DNA from: an uncultured Actinomycetes bacterium
Lineage (GTDB): Bacteria > SZUA-79 > Acidulodesulfobacterales > Acidulodesulfobacteraceae
Reading direction: 5' to 3'
DNA length: 64,000 nucleotides
NCBI GenBank assembly: GCA_964631685.1
Contig: CAZVZU010000006.1
Location: forward strand, 64,419 to 128,418
The notes beneath the pieces are model-generated. The model was not told where the DNA came from. It ran no database searches and saw only the letters and a list, made by a program, of their open reading frames with translations. Positions 56,835 through 64,000 of this stretch are shown here, in pieces (within the stretch, counting starts at the first letter, position 1; every line of letters starts with the position of its first letter). A program made the position numbers and the translations under genes.

Positions 56835-57824
56835 CTAACTGAATAGACTTTGCTGTATCAATAATGAACCGCCTACGCCACGTTTTTCTTCATAGATGTA
56901 ATTATATACTATTCTCAACTCATCCATAACTTCAGCCAAATCAAACTTTCCATTTCTATCTAACTTAATGCCCTTAACACCACTTGTTTTTAATAATAAT
57001 TTTAAACCGGAATTATCCTCCGAATCTGCAACATTTCCGGGATATTCAGGAACAAAAACGGGTCTTTTCTGCTTCAACGAAAAGTTGCAAGTTTTCATTG
57101 TTCCACCACCTATCCTAGATGATACAGCAAAGGTTCCAAGACCGGTACCACTTTGAAGCCTATCCCTCGCAACTAAGCTTTTAGCGTTTATTTTAGCATG
57201 TAAGGGCAACTCGGAAACTATTGCGCCATTGTGTAATATAATTTCTTGATAAAGATTCCTATTCTCAGGCGGGTATACCGGCTCCAATAAACCGGAACCA
57301 ATATACGCAATCGTGTAACGATTGTTTTTTAATGCGGTTTTATGCGCAACGGTGTCTATGCCTAAGGCAAGACCACTTATTATAGAAAATCCGGACAAAC
57401 AAAACTGCTCCGTTATGCTCTGAGCCAAATCCAGTGAATAATCAGGTGGATTCCTTTGCCCAACAACCGCAACTGCAAATTTCAAATTTTCTTTTAAAAC
57501 CCCTTTATAATATAAAATTATGGGCCTATTTCTGATAAAATTCAAATTGACGGGATAAAGAGGTGAATTATACGTTATAATTTTAACGCCATTTTTTGAC
57601 GCATCCTCAATTTCGTTAATGGCCTCAAAAAATGCGGTCCTAACCGTCCTCGTATTTTTCAAAATTACTATCTGTTCATTTTTTAGACCTGCTTTTAAAA
57701 AGTCTGCCTGCGACGCATCAAAAATATCACAAGGATTCTTAAATGTCTTTAGTAAAAGAAAGACATGGATATTTTTTAATCCCTTAATTTTTTTTAAGGC
57801 AAGGGTGCATATTAGGTCATCCAT
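56835..57824 (-). CDS. DprA/Smf-family protein (ShosA-like; no C-terminal winged helix)
   Basis: N-terminal SAM-like region, YP..L, AVVGQR, ISGLALGIDTVAH, YPPEN, VSE, RDRLQSG, GGTM. Confidence 0.85.
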   Translation of the reverse strand: MDDLICTLALKKIKGLKNIHVFLLLKTFKNPCDIFDASQADFLKAGLKNEQIVILKNTRTVRTAFFEAINEIEDASKNGVKIITYNSPLYPVNLNFIRNRPIILYYKGVLKENLKFAVAVVGQRNPPDYSLDLAQSITEQFCLSGFSIISGLALGIDTVAHKTALKNNRYTIAYIGSGLLEPVYPPENRNLYQEIILHNGAIVSELPLHAKINAKSLVARDRLQSGTGLGTFAVSSRIGGGTMKTCNFSLKQKRPVFVPEYPGNVADSEDNSGLKLLLKTSGVKGIKLDRNGKFDLAEVMDELRIVYNYIYEEKRGVGGSLLIQQSLFS

Positions 57825-58417
57825 TAAAATCCTCTTGTCTGCGAGCCGTTATAACCAAAAGAGTTTACTTGCGATATGGTCTTGCCTAAAAATAACCCCG
57901 TAACCGAATTTGCCCCTTTACCCAACAGCATTTGTTTTACCGTCCTAAATGTCGTCCCTGTAGTAACAATATCATCAAATAAAATAATATTTTTTGCTCT
58001 AAATTTGTCTGTATTTTTTATCGACATCGAATTCTCAAGGATATCCTTGCCCATTATATGCTTAGGGCTGTGTCCTTTTACACAAACTATCCCGCCCTTC
58101 ATGTAGCCTATTAAGCCCATAAATGCTAGGTATGAGCAAATAATCCCATTGGGATAATTATCAAGATAAGAATTGCTTGACGGTATAGATAAGATTAAAT
58201 CGTAATGATATAAATAATTATAAATAATACCGATTAAAATTCCTGCAAAAAATGATATTATTTTGTAGTTTCCCTTTTTGTATTTTAATATTAATTCGGA
58301 ATATTCATCCAAAAAAAATGAGGGCGCCTTTTTACTATGCGGAATATAGTCCCCTATATAGAAATATTCTCCATTATTACCTATATTTATACTGTTTTTT
58401 AGACTTCTACGCTGCAT
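57824..58417 (-). CDS. Type I phosphoribosyltransferase-fold protein (ComF/ShosT-like)
   Basis: IPSS, IILFDDIVTTGTT PRPP-binding loop, LGKT; TAATG coupling to the dprA-like gene; no ComF zinc ribbon. Confidence 0.8.
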   Translation of the reverse strand: MQRRSLKNSINIGNNGEYFYIGDYIPHSKKAPSFFLDEYSELILKYKKGNYKIISFFAGILIGIIYNYLYHYDLILSIPSSNSYLDNYPNGIICSYLAFMGLIGYMKGGIVCVKGHSPKHIMGKDILENSMSIKNTDKFRAKNIILFDDIVTTGTTFRTVKQMLLGKGANSVTGLFLGKTISQVNSFGYNGSQTRGF

Positions 58418-58428
58418 TTTGCTTTTAA

Positions 58429-60510
58429 ATGATTATTAAAGGTGGAAATATATATCTATTTTACTCTACTATGATAAATCTTTATTTCAAAAATTTCAAT
58501 TTTAATCTATCAACTTATGCCGGAATTGTCCTTTTTTCAGAATATGAAAAGGGTTTATTTATAAAAAATATAAACAAGTTAGGATTCGATTGCGACATTA
58601 TATCTTTTGCAAAAATAAAGTCTTTCTCGCAACTTGGCAATGGGCATAAAAAAGACGATTTACTTAATTTCCCTTTAAAAAATATAGAAAGACTGTTTTC
58701 TTCAAAATTTATAATTTTAGAAGATCTTTTTATAGAAAATACCAGGGATGCAGTTCTATTTAATGCAATATGTGACTTTGTTCTACACAATAAGATCATT
58801 TTATGCCCATTTAACTCCTCTAACAAGAACATGCTCGATATTTATGATAGTTTTAGTAAAAATTATTATGAAAATTTAATTGTGGATATCTTTAAGTTAC
58901 GTTTAAAATTTTTTCTGGCTACAAGGATAATATCAAACAAAAATGATGCATTTGTATCTGCAACAGCCTATTTAATTAAAGAGATCAAGATGCTTGGATT
59001 TAAACTCGCAGAGCGGGGAGATGGATTACCCGGTCATTATTTAGAATTTACCTGCAAAAATAATTTTATGATAACACTTAAGATTCATGCATTAAAAAAT
59101 ATTATTACCGTGGGAGATGAATTTATTGACAGTTCCAAGATAATATTGAATGGTTCGTCCTGCGATATTTATTTTAATGCCGACGAATTAATAAATAAAA
59201 TCAAAATATTTCCGTTCATAGCGAAAAATATTAAAAATCTTAGCGGGATAAAAAAGCGGGAGATAAAATTTCAATATGATAAATTAAGTAAAATTCAGAT
59301 TGCGTCTGTGAAAGAATTGAATTTAGCACACCTTGTTATTGCGGGAGCGGGATCCGGGAAAACAAGGCTAATCGTAAATAAATTCTCTTATCTTACCAAT
59401 TTTATTTCCCCCGATGAGGTACTGATCTTAACCTTTACTAATAACGCTATGGAAGAGATAAGAAGCCGCATTGAGCGTCAACGTCCAAACGATGCCGATG
59501 ATAATATTAATGTAAAGGGGGCATTGAATATCATGACGTACCACAGCTTTTTTTATTCGATCGTAAGGGAATATTATATGGAGTTAGGATTTAAGTCTAT
59601 CCCTAAGGTCACAGAAAATTCGGATGCAGATTGCATATCTTACAGTGATATCATCTCGAATATAATAAGATTATTCAACGACGCGAGCATAGTCTATGAC
59701 ATTGCCGGCAGGTTCAAATATATTTTGGTTGATGAATATCAGGATTTAGATTTCCTAAGCGATATCATTATTAAGAAGATAGACGCGGGACGAGGCATAA
59801 TTATGTACGCAGGTGATGACGACCAAGCTATTTTTACCTTTAACGGCGGCAGTTATATGAATCTTCTTTCCTTCGATTTGTTTTATCCTTCGGGAAAACT
59901 ATTTGTTATGCAATATAATTACAGATCTAATTATAAAATTATAGATTTTTGTAATTCAATGCTTAAAGAGATATATTTCAGGTTCCCTAAAAAAATGATT
60001 CAAGCTGACAATATTGGCGATGCATCGCCTGAAAAGGATAGGATTAATATCTTACGGTTTAAGAATAAAGGGGCGGAAGAACGGTTTCTTATCAGCCGGC
60101 TTGACGAGTATTTATCTAGAGGGGAAAGCGTGTCCGTCCTTGTCAGGACAAAAAGGGAAGAAATGAGGTTTAAAAAAGAATTTAAAGGGATAAATTCCAA
60201 AGATTTATTCATAGGGACGATACACAAGAGCAAAGGGATGGAATTTGATACTGTATTCATTGCTAATGTAAGTGCAGGCAATATACCTAATTCAAGGGTT
60301 CTATCGGGGATAGATAATGGCAATGACGGGATTGGTTTCACAAATCATCCATTTAAATTTATATTAGGCAAAAGGACATGCAGCAACAGGATCCTGTATG
60401 AAGATGAACTCAAGCTGTTTTATGTTGCCATTTCAAGGGCAAAAAAGAGGGTTTTTATAACATATTCCGGCAAAAAATCCTCATTTTTAGACAAGTATGG
60501 AGTCAGTTAG
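58429..60510 (+). CDS. Compact UvrD/Rep-family SF1 helicase with an uncharacterised N-terminal region
   Basis: AGAGSGKT, LTFTNNA, VDEYQD, GDDDQAIF, NYRS, TIHKSKGMEF, YVAISRAK; start uncertain. Confidence 0.85.
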   Translation: MIIKGGNIYLFYSTMINLYFKNFNFNLSTYAGIVLFSEYEKGLFIKNINKLGFDCDIISFAKIKSFSQLGNGHKKDDLLNFPLKNIERLFSSKFIILEDLFIENTRDAVLFNAICDFVLHNKIILCPFNSSNKNMLDIYDSFSKNYYENLIVDIFKLRLKFFLATRIISNKNDAFVSATAYLIKEIKMLGFKLAERGDGLPGHYLEFTCKNNFMITLKIHALKNIITVGDEFIDSSKIILNGSSCDIYFNADELINKIKIFPFIAKNIKNLSGIKKREIKFQYDKLSKIQIASVKELNLAHLVIAGAGSGKTRLIVNKFSYLTNFISPDEVLILTFTNNAMEEIRSRIERQRPNDADDNINVKGALNIMTYHSFFYSIVREYYMELGFKSIPKVTENSDADCISYSDIISNIIRLFNDASIVYDIAGRFKYILVDEYQDLDFLSDIIIKKIDAGRGIIMYAGDDDQAIFTFNGGSYMNLLSFDLFYPSGKLFVMQYNYRSNYKIIDFCNSMLKEIYFRFPKKMIQADNIGDASPEKDRINILRFKNKGAEERFLISRLDEYLSRGESVSVLVRTKREEMRFKKEFKGINSKDLFIGTIHKSKGMEFDTVFIANVSAGNIPNSRVLSGIDNGNDGIGFTNHPFKFILGKRTCSNRILYEDELKLFYVAISRAKKRVFITYSGKKSSFLDKYGVS

Positions 60511-61541
60511 AACTGCTTTAATACATCTAAATTTCCTTGATAAAGTAGCCTTAGGTCGTTGATGTTATATTTCAACATTACAAGCCTATCGAACCCCATT
60601 CCGAAAGCGAACCCGCGATATTCATCCGGATCTATATTTACATATTTGAAGACATTGGGGTGAACCATCCCGCACGGGATAACCTCTATCCAACCGGTAT
60701 TTTTACAGACGCTGCATCCCTTCCCTCCGCAAAAAGAACACGCTATATCCATATCTAGACCCGGCTCTACAAACGGATAAAATGCAGGCCTAAACCTTGT
60801 TTTTCTGGCTCCCAAAAGATGCCTAACCGTTTCATCTAAAATACCCTTTAGATCGGTTAATCTGACATGTTTATCTATAAAGAGTCCCTCCATCTGATTG
60901 AACATAAACAAATGCGTCGCATTAACAGCTTCGTATCTGTAGCATCTACCCGGCGCTATGACCCTGAGAGGGGGTGTTTTTTCCTCCATTGTCCTGACCT
61001 GGACGCTTGATGTATGAGTTCGCGGAACTAAACCGTTCAAGAGATAAAAGGTATCCCAAACATCTCTTGCCGGGTGATTAAGAGGGATATTTAGCGCATC
61101 AAAATTATAATAGGTAGTTTCTATCTCGGGCCCCTCGGCCATTTCGAACCCCATGGATGAGAAAAAATCAACCGTTTCTTCGAGAACCGCCGTAATCGGA
61201 TGTTTATAAAATCTTTCAATATGGTTACCCGGTATAGTTATGTCTATTTTATTTTGATTTAAATATTTGTCCCTGTTTGTATTTGTTAATTCATTCTTTT
61301 TATTTTTATAAATTTCTTCGATCTTGTTCTTGATTTCATTGGATTTAGAACCGATAATTTTCTTTTCTTCCGGCGCAAAAGAATGAATATTACGCAGTAT
61401 CTCTGTGAATTTTCCCTTTTTACCGACAAATAACTTGAACCGTAAATCCAGTTCGTTCAAATCTTTAGGGCTATCCAAAAGACTTACCGCATTCTCAAAA
61501 ATCTTATCAATACTGTTTAGAACTTCATATATCTCTTTCAT
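60507..61541 (-). CDS. pheS: Phenylalanine-tRNA ligase alpha subunit (divergent)
   Basis: NFDALNIPLNHPARD, RTHTS, PGRCYR, QMEG, PFVEPG, CGMVHP, GFAFGMG. Confidence 0.95.
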   Translation of the reverse strand: MKEIYEVLNSIDKIFENAVSLLDSPKDLNELDLRFKLFVGKKGKFTEILRNIHSFAPEEKKIIGSKSNEIKNKIEEIYKNKKNELTNTNRDKYLNQNKIDITIPGNHIERFYKHPITAVLEETVDFFSSMGFEMAEGPEIETTYYNFDALNIPLNHPARDVWDTFYLLNGLVPRTHTSSVQVRTMEEKTPPLRVIAPGRCYRYEAVNATHLFMFNQMEGLFIDKHVRLTDLKGILDETVRHLLGARKTRFRPAFYPFVEPGLDMDIACSFCGGKGCSVCKNTGWIEVIPCGMVHPNVFKYVNIDPDEYRGFAFGMGFDRLVMLKYNINDLRLLYQGNLDVLKQF

Positions 61542-61577
61542 AGAATAATGTTTAATTTTAAAAAATTTTGTCTTGTG

Positions 61578-61606
61578 ATGATAGCATAAAAATATGAATT
61601 TGTGAA
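61578..61606 (-). promoter_or_regulatory. Candidate sigma70 promoter of pheS
   Basis: TTCACA-17nt-TATCAT with a TG extension, minus strand. Confidence 0.45.
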
Positions 61607-61736
61607 ATCATTTATATAACTATCTATATTCGGTCTCTGCCTATGAGGGCTGATTTTATAAAATAAACTGCTTCACGCAAGGTATGATTGGATATTAGAG
61701 TAAGATTCTGCGCAAAAGTTACGGAACCGCCCCAAC

Positions 61737-61766
61737 TTGACAAATGAGAATTCAACATATTATACT
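61737..61766 (+). promoter_or_regulatory. Candidate sigma70 promoter reading into the SDR island
   Basis: TTGACA-18nt-TATACT. Confidence 0.45.
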
Positions 61767-61943
61767 AACATATATTTTGGCACAATGGCGATCGCCAAGA
61801 CAATCAAGATACCCCCTCTAGTGGATTTTTAGTTTTAGACTACTCAAAAAGGAATACTATTGTATATCTTAAATAATGATAAGCAATTAACAATAATCTA
61901 GTTGCATGGATTGTGCATACTAACAAATTAAGAGGGAATAATT

Positions 61944-62707
61944 ATGCCTGATAAATATACGCGCATCGCAACTGTAACCGGCGCCACATCCGGTATTGGT
62001 GAAGCTGTAGTGAGAAAATTTATTTCCTCCGGCTTCGGCGTAGTCGGTAACGGACGCAACGCTAAAAAACTGGCCGCGCTAGAAAATGAGCTCGGTTCCG
62101 CATTCTGCGGCGTTGCCGGCGATGCTAGCGACAGTATCGTGTTGGAGAAGCTCTTTGCCTTGGCGAGCGATCGCTTCGGCAAAACGGTCGACATCGTTGT
62201 TGCTAATGCGGGACGAGGGCTAAGCGGATCGGTCAAGGATGCTGATCTGTCACAATTTGAGAGTGTTTTAAAAATAAATGTGACCGGCACTCTTGCCCTT
62301 CTGCAAAAAGCTGCGCAAAAAATGGCGGACACGCAGCAAGATACCTATCCTAAATCGGCGGCCGATATTGTTGTTGTAGGATCTGTTGTTGGGCGGCATG
62401 TATCACCGTTCAGCGCGGTATACAGCGCTTCAAAATTTGCTGTACATGCGCTGGCGCCGAAGGCCTGCGGCGCGAAGTCGGGCCTAAAGGGGTTCGTGTT
62501 TCATTGGTTGAGCCGGGGATCGTATTGAGTGGTTTTCAGGTGGGCGCAGGCTACAGCGACGAAATGGTGCGAAATTTCAATGATAAATTCGGACCGCTTT
62601 TAATCGGAAACGACGTGGCAAACGCTATCCATTACATTGTTACCCAGCCACCACATGTGCACATAAGCGACATTATTGTTCGCCCTACGCGCCAAGATTA
62701 TCCATGA
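61944..62707 (+). pseudogene. Frameshifted SDR-family oxidoreductase (YdfG-like)
   Basis: TGATSGIG, NAG, YSASK. An extra GC at about 62454-62457 splits HALA/EGLRREVGPKGVRVSLVEPG; C-terminus ...PPHVHISDIIVRPTRQ is in another frame. Confidence 0.85.
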
Positions 62708-62741
62708 TTTCAACAAAGCATAGCGTTACCCGGGAAGATGT

Positions 62742-63250
62742 ATGGATTTAAAATTAAGTGGCAGGACATGTCTTATTTCAGGTGCAAGTTCAGGAATTGG
62801 CGCAGGTATTGCAAAAGCACTCGCTAATGAAGGGGTTCTAACGGTAATAACTGCACGCCGAACTGAGCAACTTGAGCAATTAGCGGTTTCTATCTCCGAT
62901 AGCGGAGGCTCAAGACCCTTACTGCAAGGGAATGAAGTTTGGGAAGAAGCATTTGCATTAAATTTTACTGCTGCGAGATTACTAACAGAAGCCCTACTTC
63001 CCGGCATGCGCAAACGTCATTGGGGACGGGTAATTAATATTAGCGGTTCAATGGAGCCGCATTCATCTAATGCTGCCAGCCCGACTGAGAAGCAAGACAG
63101 GCGTTCATTGAAGGGAATATTCCGATTGGTTATTTTGGGGATCCTGAGGACGTGGCGTATGCGGTAGCTTTTTTGGCATCACCTTTATCGCGCTATACCA
63201 CGAGTGTGGTGCTACCGGTTGACGGTGGGGTGCACTATTTTTCTCATTAA
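62742..63250 (+). pseudogene. Degraded SDR-family oxidoreductase
   Basis: SGASSGIG present, but the NAG segment and catalytic region are missing. C-terminus NIPIGYFGDPEDVAYAVAFLASP...VDGG is in a shifted frame. Confidence 0.8.
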
Positions 63251-63325
63251 CAATCCATAGGCGATGACGACAGTGCGGATCATGCGTGGACACATCAAGC
63301 GCGTCCACGCGCTTATGGGCGGTTA
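63248..63325 (+). repeat. attC-like imperfect inverted repeat directly after the second SDR
   Basis: TAAC-AATCC-ATAGGC ... GCTTAT-GGGCG-GTTA with inner GCGTGGAC/GTCCACGC stem. Confidence 0.35.
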
Positions 63326-63565
63326 CCCGGCCATCTATCAGATCAGTCATATCCTTACTCACTAAATGTATCCTTTTTCCTTCTGCCAGATAATTGCCTC
63401 TCCAATATAGTTCTGACTAGACAAAGATGATTTTGTCTACCGGTGTGCACCACCCTGCGACATCGCTTGAGAAGTTCGCCTGTTTCAAAGTCGCGAAGGC
63501 ACCCTTAAACTTAATTAAAGGTTATACTCGTTTACCTTCCGCGTTAAGTAATTAACGAAAAATCA

Positions 63566-63594
63566 TTGACAATATCCCCATTGGGTATTACCAT
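63566..63594 (+). promoter_or_regulatory. Sigma70 promoter with a CsoR-like operator in its spacer
   Basis: TTGACA-[ATATCCCCATTGGGTAT]-TACCAT. Confidence 0.5.
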
Positions 63595-63611
63595 AATACG
63601 GAATATTATTA

Positions 63612-63770
63612 ATGGGTAGCGATGATTCAAAGCTGGAGTCGGTAGTTGATGGCTACGCCAATTTTTTGAAAGTAAAAGATTTAGCTAAAACTACACATCA
63701 ACCGCACATGGTACGATGGATAGGGTATTTCTTGATCTTTGGCCAAGGAACATCGCGACTGCACTTCTGA
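63612..63770 (+). pseudogene. Short remnant resembling the N-terminal SAM-like domain of tyrosine/integron-type integrases
   Basis: MGSDDSKLESVVDGYANFLKVKDLAKTTHQPHMVRWIGYFLIF; possible continuation AKEHRDCTSERALE in the +1 frame. Confidence 0.35.
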
Positions 63771-63873
63771 ACGGGCACTGGAACCAATGGGCAGCTATGC
63801 GCCGGATTTATTTGACATATCCATTTGTTTTACTACTCTTGTTCATATGATAGCTGTGAAATAGGTGGGGTGG

Positions 63874-64000
63874 ATGAACACTGACTTGTCATTTATTACA
63901 AACGAGAAGGGTCAAGATCTGAAAGATCGCTTCGGAGTCCTTATTAAAGATTCGGCACTTTTCGATTGCCTCACGGGATACTTTTACTCGAGCGGGTTTT
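63874..64000 (+). CDS. N-terminus of a probable PLD-domain SNF2-type helicase (restriction-associated); runs off the window end
   Basis: Missing from the ORF track. MNTDLSFITNEKGQDLKDRFGVLIKDSALFDCLTGYFYSSGF after SD-like AGGTGGGG. Confidence 0.6.
   Translation, partial: MNTDLSFITNEKGQDLKDRFGVLIKDSALFDCLTGYFYSSGF

Noticed and set aside
56835..58417. Reading the pair as the natural-competence genes dprA/comF
   Set aside because: Not favoured: no ComF zinc ribbon, non-canonical DprA motifs and no other competence genes nearby. Not formally excluded.
61708..61740. GGGGCGGTTCCGTAAC on the minus strand upstream of pheS as a T-box or IS end
   Set aside because: Lacks the UGGN T-box bulge, terminator and stem I motifs; no partner inverted repeat or transposase.
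61808..61846. Possible IS terminal repeat remnant
   Set aside because: No second copy, target duplication or transposase in the window.

Overview
AT-rich chromosome segment from a diderm (LPS-making) bacterium. The gene order looks deltaproteobacterial and the envelope proteins are very Lys-rich, which suggests an acidophile such as Ca. Acidulodesulfobacterales (inference only). About 54 kb is housekeeping. It starts with acs (partial), a heme-c chemoreceptor and a sigma54 two-component pair. Next on the + strand: rplU-rpmA-obgE-proB-proA-nadD-rsfS-lapAB-gpmI-rluD-coaE-GGDEF-rho. Then a long minus-strand run: rseP-tsaB-ilvDBNC-leuACDB-asd-murJ-phoH-7TM-HD-ybeY-mazG-lnt-prfB (programmed frameshift)-lysS-lolE-lolD-bamA-skp-lpxD-fabZ-lpxA-lpxI-lpxB-msbA-waaA. 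The most unusual feature is a divergent pheS/pheT pair split by a three-gene insert: a compact antisense UvrD-like helicase plus a translationally coupled PRTase-DprA pair resembling the ShosTA anti-phage module, sitting directly upstream of pheT. The last ~2.2 kb is a higher-GC decayed island. It holds two SDR pseudogenes, attC-like elements, an integrase-like remnant and the start of a PLD-SNF2-type helicase gene. Candidate cis-regulatory RNA structures lie upstream of rplU and leuA. No rRNA, tRNA or CRISPR array was seen.
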